A stretch of 64,000 nt of DNA from the human T2T-CHM13v2.0 reference genome, Homo sapiens, in assembly GCF_009914755.1 (NCBI RefSeq), contig NC_060934.1. The stretch is one strand, 5' to 3'. A model generated the notes under the pieces. The model had not been told where the DNA came from, did not search any database, and saw only the letters and a program-made list of their open reading frames with translations. Positions 12,651 to 27,559 of the stretch are shown here, piece after piece (position 1 is the stretch's first letter; each line of letters starts with the position of its first letter). A program made the position numbers and the translations under genes.

Positions 12651-14171
12651 ATTAATGATATCAATTAATGATATTAATGATATCAACAAAATTCATTTCT
12701 AGTATTTTTGCTCTGTGGCCAACTTTCCTGGCTCTCATTTCTTGGCTCTCTTGAATGGAGTCCAATTGACACTGATGGAAAATTCTGATATTTCAATAAC
12801 TAAACCATACAAGCTGTACCCTCAACACTTTGTCTCCAGCATTTCTCTCTCTCATTCCACACACACACATAGTTCTAGGGTAGAGAACACAGAATCTGTA
12901 GCCAGGTTCCAATGTATTTGCAAACAAAATGCTTAATTTTAATGAGCACAGTGCTTCCTTCTGCATTTTTTAGAAAGACCCGTCAGCAATGCACATCCTT
13001 GATACACAGATCCATCTACATGTTTATACATTATACAGTTCACCTCTGCTAAAATAGCCTGAAGAGCTCACAAAGGCAGGAATAGCACATAATTGGCATG
13101 AAGAAGCAAACAAACAAAGAACAAAGGCCATCCTCTTCAGTCACCCCAAATGTGAGCAGACATGCACTCCATGTATGCTATCTCTGTAACCCCCACCTCA
13201 TGTGTTGCTCATCTTTGCTCCTTAGTAATTCATTTATGGATTTTCTTACTTCTCATTTATCTCTAAACTCTCATCATTCATTGCAATTCTACTGGGAAAT
13301 TCATGCTGGATGGCTTTCAGCTTCCTGCTAGCCAGAACAATCAGATTTAAGGGAACATTTGTGCCAGGCTCTGTGTCAGCCAATATTCTTTCTATCTAGG
13401 TAATCAGCAGATACGGCACTGCCGTTCTGATCACATCAATTTCAATTCAAGTTGCTGTGAACTGTCAGGCTAATAAAACAAAGACTCCTCTCTCCCAGCC
13501 CCAGGATGCAGAGCACCTTTACATAATACAGTCACACCACTGCTCAAAATGATGATAATAAGAGCCAGCGGTTTCCCTACAGATAGTCAACTGCAAGAGA
13601 GGCACAAAGGGGAAACACAAGATTAACAAAGCAATGTTTGGCATGTCCAGAGGTCGCCTTGTTTCCTCTTTTCATTTCATACCTGTTACCGATGTTTGAA
13701 TTCAGAAAACTAGTCATGAAAATAGCTGCAAATAACAAGACATTGCAAAGTCATTCCTGTCTAAATTTGTCATTTTTTCATCATCAAGGGACCAATTAAA
13801 ATGGTTTTTATTTCTGGCAGTAAACAAAATTTATCCAGAGAATCAATTCCATGTTGACACAAAAAGAGGGAAGAGGATAATCAGGAAGGGGAAAATGGAA
13901 CCTGAAAGTCAGAATATGTTTTTGGGAGACTAAGGATAGAACGAGGGCTAGGAAAGAAAACTGGGGATTAAGCTTGGGCAGTTGCTTTGACTTCATGCCA
14001 GTGGATGCTCAGAGCAAGAATCCTTCCATTTCAAGTGTTCAGTCAAGGCAAGAAAATGCATGGCATTTCAACAAAACATACTTCAAGTTAAAATGTTTAT
14101 AATCTATTTACAAATGAAAAGAGAAATGTTGCAATTTACACTTATTTATAAGAAGACAGCTACTTGGTATA

Positions 14172-14487
<316 letters not shown>

Positions 14488-16180
14488 CTAATTTCAGTAT
14501 GGGAAGATGTAGGAATCCAAAATAATATAAATGTTTTGGGCATTTACACAATGCAGGGAGATGTTAAGGCTATGAGAGTAGAACACTGTAGTGGTGCTTG
14601 AACACATTGGAAAATAATATTAAAGCCCTGTGCTCCGTGCTTTGAAAGGATTAACTCATTTAATCCTCAGAAAAATCACATCTAGTAGGTTTCATGTTTA
14701 TCTCCATATTTTAAGCAACGAAACTGTGGCTCAGAAATTACTGGATTTGTCTCAAGAATACATACAAGTGGCATCGCTAGGATTTAAGCACAAGCAACCT
14801 AAATCCAAAATCTGTACTCTAAATTAAATTTTATTCAACATGAAGATGAAACTAAATCATCACAATATGTAAATTTCTTCTAGAATACAGTTTGAGGCTG
14901 TCATACATGATATTGTATTTATCTGAAACATGGGCAGGAGAAGAAGTGGAAAAACTTATGAAAGTATGAAAAAGTTTGCAATGCATTTTTCTAAACATAT
15001 ACACATAAACTAGACCCTATGCTAGTCTGCCATAATTTCTATTACAAATACCTGGGCTCTAAATTTGGCATACAGTTTACTAACATGCTTTTATACATAC
15101 ACAGAAGTTTAGATACTAGAAGAAAATCACTAAGAACCTCTGAACGAGAAGGAAGATAGAACACATCATTGAAAGGAATTACAATGATAGGTTAAAATTT
15201 CTTAAGTGAAATTAGTTTCTTTCATACTGGATATACCCTTACTTCTTAGACAAACAATCTCTTGACTCACTGCTCTTGTTCTCAACTAAATGACAGTGTC
15301 ATTATGACTGTACATATCTGAATCCATTTTAGATTTTTTTCAGCTAGAATATAGGTATATTGTTACACTTCCCAAATTCTGACTGTTTTCAAATGGCTTA
15401 TTATAACCTATTATAAATCTTTCATAGCGCATGATAAGAGTAACGAATGGCTAAAATCCATGCCAAAGCAGCAGTTTTCTTTCTAGCTAACTGTGCCTTC
15501 AATGGCAATTAAAGCATTGGTATTTATCATGAAAGCCAACCAATCCAACATACATGATTTTCTTTTGAATCTTGGCCATTTTGAGAAATAAAGACTCTGC
15601 TAAGCTCTGTTCTTGATGTTGTAGTTGTTTATTTTATTTTTCTGGATTTAGGAGACAAGCACCTGTTAATCTTATCTCATTCTCTGGCCCTGTGAGAAAA
15701 AGGCCATTAGCCAAGGGAGCTTATTTAACCAGAAAGGTCTTCAAGTCCAAATGGAGTGTCTTCTGCTGGATGCAGGAGACCTTATCCCCTTCATTCTTTC
15801 TTCTGAGAGACAAGGGAGTGCATCCACCATCCCTTTACTCACAGCCCTGTCTGCCTTTCAGAACTATGTCCAAACATCACAAGCAGACCACTCTCATCAA
15901 ACCCTGTAATTGACTGCCTCCCCAGACATTCCGCAAGTCCACAAAGCCTTCATGTCCTATGGAGTTTGTCAAAAAAGAATCCCTCCCAGAATCCCCCAGA
16001 GATCTTCTGTGGATTGCAAATTAACTAATAAAAATGTTCTGCAAATCTTTCCATCTCCCAAGAGAAATGAGGCCACATAAGGAACTGTATTAAAATGACC
16101 AGGAAAAGAGTCCATGCGGGGCTTCCATCAGCCAGCTGGGCACTGCTGTGGCTTAGGACCACATATGCCTCGTGACATAC

Positions 16181-16360
16181 CTCATAGAGGTCGATCATGA
16201 TGTTGCCCTCAGGGCCTCTGCTGCTCTGGACATTCTCCAAGGCCAGGGTGAAGTAGACACCACGTGTGTCTGAGATGTAGAGGTTGTACGTGTCATTCTG
16301 GTTCCATTCTTGGACCGCTGCGAACACCTGATTCTCATCGGTGCTGATAACATGCATGTC
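16181..16360 (-). CDS. SORCS1: SORCS1 coding exon (180 nt, phase 0/0; probably exon 9), VPS10 beta-propeller
   Basis: TTTTCACAG|GAC ATG...TAT GAG|GTATGT encodes DMHVISTDENQVFAAVQEWNQNDTYNLYISDTRGVYFTLALENVQSSRGPEGNIMIDLYE, which includes the Asp-box-like YISDTRG. Lies inside ORF 16025..16423. Confidence 0.97.
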
Positions 16361-16769
16361 CTGTGAAAAGACACAAGGTCGTGAAGAGGGAAAAAGAGTT
16401 TTATACATTAACCTGGCAGGCATCCAAAGAGTGTGGAATCAAATGAGGAATACCAGAATGAGCACTTTAATGGAAGATAGCTTCCTTTTGCATATATAAG
16501 AAATAATAGTTAAGCATTAATCATATATTTCCTTTGTCACTTGTGGGGTTAGGCAATAAGGTCATGAGAAAATAGGATGAAGGGATGTTTGATAGACCAG
16601 TTTTAATTGCCTCATTACATAATTCGAAAAATGCTTTCTTAAATATGTATGATTCGGAGAATCAAGCATCCTGATATTTTTGCCAAGCACAAATATGATA
16701 CTTGCTCAGAAGGCATATATGGGGTAGATATGAGGAAAAGCTGGAGGAACAGAGAGAAAATAGACAAAC

Positions 16770-16926
16770 CCTGCATCTCTCAGCATGGCTCATGGACCAG
16801 CAGCAAGGACATCACCTGGAAGCTTATTAAACATATAGAACCTTGGGCCTCACCTGGTGAATCAAAATGTGCATTTAATAAGATTGCTAAATAATTACCA
16901 TGCATATTAAAGTTTGAAAAGCACTG
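16770..16926. mobile_element. MER5A
   Basis: ggaccagcagcaaggacatcacctgg...aaagtttgaaaagcactg. Confidence 0.75.
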
Positions 16927-17904
16927 CCCAAAGGTTCAGCAACCCCTAGCCAGTCTCCTCTACCCTCAGCCCTAAGAAAACATTCACCAGAGAAACCCAA
17001 AGTACTAACCCTCATGTTAGTGTGTTCAAAGACTTAGCTGCTTATCAAAATCTAAACTGAGAGGTTCTGCAGGAATCCTCCAGTGAAAAAGGGTAAAAGA
17101 TAGCCTGCATAACTGATGATGTTTTCAGAGCCTGTTTGTCCTGGAAGATAGAATTAAAGCAAAGGTAGCGCGGAGGCAGTAACAAGTGCCCCTGGGGTGG
17201 GAATTTCAAATTCTTTTTCCCCCATTCATAACTCTAGAGAAGTACAATGGAAGCTACCACAGTCCAAAGCTTGCTGACTCAGACCAAGGCCTGCTTTCTT
17301 CTTTATGGGATGTCTGTTCATATGCTCTAGCCTGCATTTTACCCTTTGCCCAAGATAGTAGACATAAAACAACTTCCAAAAACCAAAAAAATTAAAGCTA
17401 AGTAACCAAATATAACCACAAAGGTAGAAGAACAACGTAGAACAATTCTTGTTTTCGGCATCACTTAGTGCTCTAATCTTTCCAGATGCACCATACTCTA
17501 TTTTTGAAAAGCTTTAGGAAATCTGACAATCTTCCTGTTAACAATTCCAGTGCGGGGAAATTCCACCTAACTACTAACCTAAATTTCTCATTGTCATATA
17601 TGCCCATGTTCTCAATCAAGCAGCATTTCAGCTCTGACTCTCCTCTAGACGTGTAGGAACAAGACTCCCTATCCTCTTTACCGTTTATCACAGTAAACTC
17701 GTGATCCCAGAGGGAGAAGTCCATATCCAAAGGGCTTTATATTCCTCACCTCTACTCAGGTTCCATATGACATACTCAAGTTTGGTAACATTTTTGTAGA
17801 AAGAACCCCAAGTGGATAGGTCAAAAAATGAATCCTGCCCATTAATTTAATGTGTGCTTCTATCTGTTGAATGTCTATTTACATTTCTCCTGGTAATTAT
17901 TGCT

Positions 17905-18185
17905 CTCTCTAGGTATCTGCAGGGGGATTGGTTCCACAATTGCCCTCAGATACCAAAATCCACAGAAGCTCAAGTTCCTTATATAAAGTGGTGTAATATT
18001 TGCATGTAACCTATGCACATCCTCCTGTACACTTCAGATCATCTCTGGATTACTTACAATACCTAATACAATGTAAAGGCTATGTAAATAGTTGTATCAT
18101 TTATTTAATTTGTATTACTTTGTATTTTTTTTAATATTTTCAATCTGATGCAGAACCTGAGGAGACACAGGTCCAAGTGTATGGA
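17905..18185. mobile_element. MER2 (Tigger-derived)
   Basis: ggggattggttcca...ataccaaaatccacag...gctcaagttccttatataaa...atacctaatacaatgtaaa. Confidence 0.8.
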
Positions 18186-18329
18186 TTGATGTTTTTTGAA
18201 AAACAGCCTCATCCCTCTCAGATATATTTCTATATTAAATCTAAACTTTTTCCTACTTTCTTCTACCAGCAGCACAAGAAATGAGCTTTTAGAACCGGCT
18301 TTCAGAATATTCCATTTCTCTGGCAACAG

Positions 18330-18965
18330 CAACTGAATAGGTGATGGGCAGGTGGCCCACATAAGGTCAATATGACATGTTTCTGGAATGACTGCGGAGT
18401 TATTAGGGAGAGACAAAATTAGTATCTCACTATTGGTTTTTAAGCAGTAAGAATAAAAAAGAAAACTCCAGATCTGCTGGAGATATATCTTGGAGGTAAA
18501 GGATGAAACCAATCCTGATGAAAACAGGCTCAGCGGATGGAGAGAGATGGCCCAATCCTGTGACATTTTTTTGGTCCCTAAATGTGGACATTTAAGAAGC
18601 TCATCCCACCGCCAGACTTTTCAGTTAAAGAAGACAGTCTAGTAAAGTGGCTGAAGAATGGACTTTGGAGTAAAACTAGTTGAGTTCAAATCTTGGCTCT
18701 ATAACTTAGCCATGTGAATGAAACTCTGTGTCTCATAATTTCAATCTACAAAATAGAGACAAGGATAATAGGTCCCCCATGGAGTGGTGAGGATGAAATC
18801 AGTTAATCAGTGTTAAGCACTCCTAATAGTGCCTGGCACTTAGCATATGCTCTAGGTATGTTAGCTACTCTCAGTTAAGTGAGCCCTTACATCCCTTTTG
18901 TTGATTAATCTAGGTTCATGTGACCTTTCTGTTTATCGCAAATACTCAAGTCCTAACTATATACA
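18330..18965. mobile_element. Old MLT1-type LTR remnant interleaved with a MIR (~18640-18870)
   Basis: MLT1-like ggagagagat...gacttttcagtt...gtcctaactatataca, plus a clear MIR core. Confidence 0.45.
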
Positions 18966-21350
18966 CGATAAGAAAGTGGTTCACCCAAGTGTTTTTGTTG
19001 TTATTGTTTAAAATAAAATTTAAAATTCTTTGAACCAGGAGAAGCTATACCCAAGTGTTTGGTTTCTTTCTAATGGAGAGACTTGTCTGTGGAAATTAGC
19101 TCCAGAGCTGTTCCTGCCTTGACAACCAAACCTCCCATGGCTCCCCATCCTATAGGGTAAAGACCTAAATCCTTACCTTGGCCTTGAGAAACATCAAACA
19201 ACTATTCCCAATTCATCTTCCCTTCTTTGTCAGTAAGATGCAGCATCATCCCTGAAGCCAAGTTAAAATATCTCAACAATAACCTGACCCCCGCATAGCT
19301 AATTCCCACTTCTGTGATTTACAATGAATCTCTGCACTGGTGAACCTCTGAGTTTCTCACAATAGACATTTGATTAAATAATCCTAGGCTGGAAGAGTAA
19401 AGTGCATCACCTATACCGGCCACTTCTCCCAAGACTTTATTTTGTAGATTTGGATAGGAAAACACAGATGTATCAAATATTGTGGTCTAGGTCACTTAGA
19501 GAACTAATCACACAATGATAACAGATTAAAATGGCCATCTCTAGATATGAGCTGAGTTCCAATCCTTCCTTTGTTTCATGTAATTATGTTGTACAGCCAT
19601 TTTCAAATGATATTGGTCTTAAATAGTTTAATTGAAAAGTTTAAAATATTTATATATTATCCTTCTTTTTTCTCCTTCCCTAAATCCTGTTTCTATTGGG
19701 AGAAATGCGCTTTTTCTCCCAATGTGGCACTTTATGTTGAATGCTTTAACCGAATCACAGAATTTGAGAGCAAGGTGTGATCTTACAGATTTTGTATTGA
19801 AGCATTTTCTAAAGTCTGCTCCATAGGACGACAATGTTGTTAGGATTTTAGTAGACTTGAAAAGGAGGAAGGGATCCTTTGGTAAAACATATTAATTAAT
19901 GGTGAATTAAAGAGCTTTCTTGCTTATTGGATGTTCTAAACCTTCAACACACCAGTGAGCTACTGTTACTCTCTAGGCAAGAAACACAGAATGAAGTTTA
20001 TTCCTTTTTTCAGACATATTTGACCACACAACCAAATTCTCAGGAAGGATTACTAAGGACATTTTATTCTAAGTAACACATATGAGAAAATATTGTTGTG
20101 AATCTAAGCTCCTTATTTAAAAAAAAAAAAAATAAAGAAAAGAGACATTGACAAACCAGCCCAAGGTTTCAAAGCAAGTTAGTGACAGATCTGGGTCCCT
20201 AATCCAGGTCTCCTGCTGCAAATCAAGCAGCCTTCACATCACCTGCATCCTGGTCCACATCGATCTTCCACCACGGAGACAACTAGATCCATACTAATAA
20301 TAATATTACCTTGCTTTTATAGAGTATCTGTCCTCCAAAATGCTCAAAGCACTTTCGTATGTATTGCCTCATTTATCTCACTTGAGTAGCTCAGAATGGG
20401 TTCCCAGCAAGTTAAAAGAAGGAAAACTCATTACTTTCCCCTGTCTGGAGGGCCACATGCTCTTAATGGCAATGGCAATATTAAAATCTCCCTACCCACT
20501 GTCATTCTTTACTATTAGTAAATATTTTTTTGAGCACAGCTCAGGGTGACTATGATCTTTCAGGAGTTGATACAATGGTAGTGGGTGATTAAAGAAAATT
20601 GAGCATAAAAGTGCTGGTTTGTCTCAATTCCTTTGGTCGGCATGAAGCTTTGTTCATTTCCAGTTGCACCAGCCCTGACAGGCCATGAAATATATGCACC
20701 TTTGTTGCAGATCATTCCACCCAAGCTGGGGTTTCTTTTTGAAGGTATAATGGGATTGTAATAAAGAATCTCATTGCCTTAAATAATAAACATCCACCCG
20801 GACTAAATAATACATTCATCTGCTGTACTAGCCCCTATTTTTTCTGGGAACAAGCTAAATTAATCACTGCATTCTACCCTCAGAACCCAGATAAGACTGA
20901 GTAATGGAACATGCTCTTCTGGGAGAACAGGAGGAAGAAGACAGATGCAAATTTGGGTTCAAAGTAAAACTTTTTCCTTCCATATTGGCTAGATGCCACT
21001 GCGGGCAACTGTCAGCAGTGATCTGTGTGATGGCTATGAACAAGCAATGCAAAGTATCTGTTTCCCAAACCTCCAGCAATGAGTCTACAAACATTTCTTT
21101 GATTTTAAACTATGATTTCTGGGGCTCCTTAAGTCAATGGGATTTTCTTCTTAATGCCCCTGACAGTATATGGAATTTTGATGGGGTGATGATGCTATGT
21201 TTTAATAACAGAAGCTATTAATTTACTAAGAAAGTATAATATAAAAAAGTACTACCTTGAGAGTCAGGAGACTTGAGTTCTAGCCTCAATTATGCTACAA
21301 ATAGCATTTGATTTCCACCAAAACTTATGTCACTTAACGAGTTTATTACC

Positions 21351-21747
<397 letters not shown>

Positions 21748-22696
21748 TCATTACATTGAGGATAATTCTTTTTTTAAGGTGCAAATCCTGCAAGTCAACT
21801 ACTTCATTTATTAGTTAATCAAAGAAACAACAATTTATTTCAATGCTCAAGAGGAAAAAAACAAAACAAAACCTGGCTCTGTTGTATTTATTGAGTTAAC
21901 ATGTTCATTTCTCTGACAGACCTTCCTAAGAGATTATCAGAGGTAATTTGAACAACACTCAGTTTTCCTTTTACATAGTGATGTTATCCAATTCTCATCT
22001 AAGGCACAACTTAAGTGTTGTAAATTCTTGTCTTACTGGAGAAAAAAAAAACAAACACTTAAGCCAAATCAAGAACAACAAGAACTTAAATGTATCCATA
22101 CACAGACATACATACAGTTCTGGATAATTACCACAGTCATTAATCTCTCAGCAGCTGAAAATAACAACCACGAACATAGCTATAGTTCTTTCAAGTTAAT
22201 AGTGCAACTCAGTGTGTGTTATTACCTCTAATGGGCTGAGGCTTACATCCCACCTTTCACTATGTTAGGGTGAGGGAAGGGTGGTAGCCAAGAAAGAGAA
22301 TTCATCCTGGAGAAACCAGAACAATCTGTTACCACTGGCTCTCCCGGGAGAGGAGGCGTGCTGTGTCCTTGTGTTATGTCTATTATATGACTTCCTGGGC
22401 AGCTATCTGGTGTTGGTTCAAGACAACATACGACAAAGTGATGGATGAAAATATAAGAGAAAGAGGCATGGCAACTCAATTAAAAAAAGTTAGGTATGTT
22501 CTTTGTGCAACCCAAAGGCTTCAAAGTTGAGCTATAACTCTCTTTAAACCTGCATAGTCCCTTTCTTATAGCCACATGCATCTCCCTTGCTCTAAGATTA
22601 AGGCACAGTACATTTACAGTTCCTAGTCACTTCAAATACATCACGATGGCAGCAAGATCGCAAATACACAGCTCTGAGCTCCCGAGTCAGTTTGAC

Positions 22697-22715
22697 CTCC
22701 ACTAGGTGGCGCTCC
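22697..22715 (+). promoter_or_regulatory. Candidate CTCF site
   Basis: CTCCACTAGGTGGCGCTCC matches the CTCF core CCASYAGRKGGCRS, with CpG retained in non-repeat DNA. Confidence 0.65.
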
Positions 22716-23119
22716 ATATTAACGCAGTTCTTCAGCACTTCTGGAAAGACAGCCTGGGGATGTCAACAGTTGAGGGTCTTTAACTTTTGTTTGCCTCTGT
22801 TTTCCAAAGGATATGCCTTTGGGGAAGTCTAAAAAATTAGCTGCGACTCAGAACTCTAAAGACAACCAGTCTCATAAGTTTACAGGGAGCTGACTGGCTG
22901 AGAAAGCAAAGGCTGGTGCCACGTCACGGCATCACTGCTCAGTAAACAACTGATAATCAAATGGGACAGAAATGGACGGCAGCTGTTGCACTGATACATA
23001 ACACATCCAAAAAATATTTTCTGTCTTGTTAGAAAACCAATACATATGGCTTGAAAATCTTTACTATTGAAAAGCAAATCAATTATTAAAATTCATATGA
23101 ATGTTCCTATAGCAACAAT

Positions 23120-23320
23120 CTCAGAGACAGAGAAGAAAGAAAGAAAGAAAGAAAGAAGAAAGAAAGAGAAAAAGAGAAAGTAAGATGAAAGAAAGAAAAA
23201 GAGAAAGAGAAAAAAAGAAAGTAAGATGAAGGAGAAAGAGAAAGAAAGAAAGAAGGAAAGAAAGAAAGGAAGAGAGAGAGAGAAAGGAAGGGAGGGAGGG
23301 AGGAAACAAGAGGAGGGTAA
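23120..23320. repeat. (GAAA)n/(GA)n/(GGGA)n polypurine tract
   Basis: About 200 nt almost entirely A/G. Confidence 0.95.
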
Positions 23321-23489
23321 TAGGACTGACCAAAGAGACAGTAAGGCAGAGCAAACTTGGGAAACAGAGATGAGAGATGTAAAGAAAACATGACTATGAG
23401 AGGCTGAAAGAGTCCTTGGGAAAGGGATGGAGGCTGGCTTCTGTGAATGAGAGTCAAGAGTGAAATGAAGAAAGTGATTTAGGCCATAC

Positions 23490-23579
23490 CTTGGGCAAAG
23501 CATATTTCGGAAGCTTCATTTGGGCAAATGCATTCCTTCGGTAGGACACGTAGTAATGTGGCCGCCCTCCTGATGTCAG
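23490..23579 (-). CDS. SORCS1: SORCS1 coding exon (90 nt, phase 0/0; probably exon 8)
   Basis: CCAG|CTG ACA TCA GGA...CCC AAG|GTATGG encodes LTSGGRPHYYVSYRRNAFAQMKLPKYALPK. Confidence 0.96.
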
Positions 23580-24134
23580 CTGGATCATAAAAACAAGATT
23601 GTAAGAAGCTCGAGCTACTGTAACAGGCACAGGTCACAGAACAGTCACCTGAATGGAAGGAGGAAGCTTCCAACACAACAAATGGCATTAATGTCTATTG
23701 CGGACAAGTGTAAAGAATTGGCCTTCAGTTCAAACACAACTTATAAAGACATATGAGCTGGTCAGCGGCCCAAACTGAACCTACTGGACAAAAATACAAT
23801 TCTTAAGTTTGCACTGTGACTCAGATGCCAGAAAACATTTTGAGTTATTTTTTTCAAATGGGGTACATTGGCTGATTGCCATCACCAGCCCAGGTCTCTA
23901 GACCCAAGTCTATGACCCTACAAGTAGGTCCCTGTGCCATATCAGAATGAAATGGCCCAACTCAAACAGTGGCAGAGCTGGAGGCTCACATCTCTGGGCA
24001 CTGAATTCCAGTTTGATGGTGTTACACTGATGATTATGGGCACATGGCACAGACAGGAGTGCTGGCATATTAGACGGAAAACCAGGCTAGGATTGGTGTC
24101 CAAATTCAATCTAGGTCTCTTCTATTTAATTTAA

Positions 24135-24590
<456 letters not shown>

Positions 24591-25188
24591 AGTTCCCCTC
24601 CAATCTTGTCCAAAGCATGCAGCCCAAAGAATCCTGGTGGGTGTGAGAGAGGGCAGGAAGGTACAGAGGGCAGGTAGAGAGGGCAGGTGTGGTCTCCAGC
24701 CAGCACATGAGCAACCTGCAGGCACAGTGTCAAGGGCACCACCACGTCTCTCTCTCTCTCTCCTACACAGCCACTCTTAACCCCTCTAAATGCCTGGAGT
24801 TTCAATGACAGCTGGAGTCTGCATACTCAGAATGTCAACAAATGCGCATGTTCATCACATTAGGAATGTGACTTGGAAAGTTATCATCTTCACCGTCATG
24901 TGGCCAGATGACCTCTTAGGTCTAGTGAGGGGTTACAGGATGTTCATGGTGGCATGGGTAAAGACTGTGTGAAATTCCAAATGCAGAATTGATTCTCATT
25001 TGTAAGTCATAGATGTGGATCACAAAGTGTTATTAGAAACCAGAAAAGGTTCCTGGGAGCAGCACTGATACAGAAATGAATTATTATAGACAGAACCAAT
25101 ACATGTAACTATTCGAATGTCCATTGACAACTTGATGCTGAAATTGTCAGAGTATTAATTACTAATTTCCCTGAAGAATAAAGAAATG

Positions 25189-25219
<31 letters not shown>

Positions 25220-25221
25220 TG
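25189..25221. repeat. (TG)n microsatellite
   Basis: Direct read. Confidence 0.9.
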
Positions 25222-26165
25222 ATCATATGTGAAACATTTTATAAGTACACAGGGTGGTAGGCATTTAAACAAATTGCATCCTCAAAGCATGTAATTAAAT
25301 ATTCCAAATCACAATTTCTTGTCGAAATAAATGTAATACTGTCTAGAATGGGTCTTTATATATATATATGTATACTTTTATATATACGTATAAGCTATTT
25401 AGTAATTGTACCTTTGTCATTTTTAACATGGAAGGTGGTAACTGAGTTTTAAAATGCATTGTCCAAACAAGCTTAAATTTTTCCTTGAATGCTGAAAAGC
25501 AGTGCAGCGTATTTGCTTCTTGTCTCTACTAACAACTCAGGAAACGTCAGCTTCTTAAACTGTTCTCCACTCTCTTGGGGGTGAAAAACCTGGCTGAATA
25601 CATCTGCTCTGAAGTGTCTTTATTCTAATCACAGTTGGTGCATGACAATAAAAGCTGATTACTCTCCCCCTGGCCTCTGCCTCCCACTATCTCCAGCCAC
25701 CCCACAGCTTCCCTTCCCATTCCTGCTTCTCCACTTTTAAGGTGGGTATTGGGGAGGGGGCTGATTGGCTGACCCTTTCCCAGATAGAAAGAGACTGACA
25801 TATTTGTTCAGTCCCTTTGATAACTGGGAGCTTCTTTGGAATGCAGGTGTGGGGGACAGATCGTACTGTGCATCATCCTAGAGACAATCTCACTACTCTG
25901 TGCGATGCCTTCATGACCCCATGTTGATAAGATCCTCTGGACACAGCCCAAAGAAATTCATGACTAGTCTGTTAGTATAGAAGATTCCACACTCACTAAT
26001 TATCCTTTTATTGAAAAGATAGTGATTTTCCCCTCTCTCCCTACCTCCTTCCCTCCCTCCCATCCTCTCTTTTTGACTCTTAATGGAGTGTAAAGCAGGC
26101 AAAAGGGACAGAAACAAGGAAAAGAAAGGTTTCTGAGACAATCAACAGAAGTGGATTTTTCCTAC

Positions 26166-26284
26166 CTGAACAAACACATAATGATCCTGAACAATCAAAG
26201 AGTCTGGGTCAATGTAGCCTGGAAAAGGCTGATTCCTGTTGGCCTCTGTACAGTTCTGCATTCGGCAAGTTAGATAATGTGAAT
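26166..26284 (-). CDS. SORCS1: SORCS1 coding exon (119 nt, phase 1/0; probably exon 7)
   Basis: TTTTTCAG|AT TCA CAT TAT...TTT GTT CAG|GTAGG encodes (H)SHYLTCRMQNCTEANRNQPFPGYIDPDSLIVQDHYVFVQ. Confidence 0.96.
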
Positions 26285-26346
26285 CTGAAAAACAAAAACA
26301 AAAACAAAAACATGGGGTTGAGGGGGATATACAGACAGAGATTTAG

Positions 26347-26689
<343 letters not shown>

Positions 26690-27108
26690 ACCATTTCCAG
26701 TTCTTTAAACAAGCCTCACAGTCTTTGTTAAATACGTTATTGTCATTGTTATTATTATTTAAATTATTATCATTATTATTTTACTCACTTGCTCTCAATA
26801 CCACCTACATCATCTCCTGGTGCTTCCACCAAGTCTTGATATCCTAGAATACTAAATTCTTGCTAATTATTTTTTTCCCTCCCAAACCCAAATGAAAATA
26901 TTTTCAAAAACTGGCAATAATACTTGGGATTTCATGGTCAATTTTTTCTCATTAGTAGGTTTCACCTTCACACTTTGATCTTTGACAAAGAGGAAAACAC
27001 ACATACATCTAATCATTCATCATCTAATGATAAAAATGATGTGGTTATAAGATTCTAGGTTAAGTAAGATAAGGGTTTTTCTTTCATAATTCATTAGAAG
27101 TAAAACAG

Positions 27109-27393
27109 AGCCGGGAGCTGTGGCTCATGCCTGTAATCCCAGCACTTTGGGAGGCCAAAGCAGGTGGATCACGAGGTCTGGAGTTCACAACCAGCCTGGC
27201 CAAGATGGTGAAACCCCGTCTCTACTAAAAATACAAAAATGAGCTGGGCGCAGTGGCAGGCACGTAAAATCACAGCTACTCAGGAGGCTGAGGCAACAGA
27301 ATCACTTGAACCCAGCGGGGCGGAGGTTGCAGTGGGCCAAGATCACGCCACTGCACTCCAACCTGGGTGACAGGAAAAAAAAAAAAAAAAAAA
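27109..27393 (+). mobile_element. AluS
   Basis: Dimer with A-tail. Confidence 0.9.
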
Positions 27394-27559
27394 GCAAAAC
27401 CGAATTGGGAGGAGTTCCTTGAGTTAAGACTTTGCTTTTACTTTACAATTGAATCAGTTGAGACCCTGGATCTCACCTGGTGATAAATACAACATCAGTA
27501 ATGACAACTCTTACGTCAGTTTGGTCGCTATTGCTGGAAATACATTTTATCAGGGAGGC

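Noticed and set aside
16025-16423. 132-aa ORF as a standalone gene
   Set aside because: Only 16181-16360 is an exon, bounded by splice sites; the flanks are intronic (the read-through is treated separately as a hypothesis).
23093-23503. F/L/S-rich 'membrane protein' ORFs
   Set aside because: Translation of the (TTTC)n simple repeat.
25741-25772. G-rich box plus inverted CCAAT as an internal promoter or G4
   Set aside because: Isolated motifs, only three full G-runs, and no CpG island.
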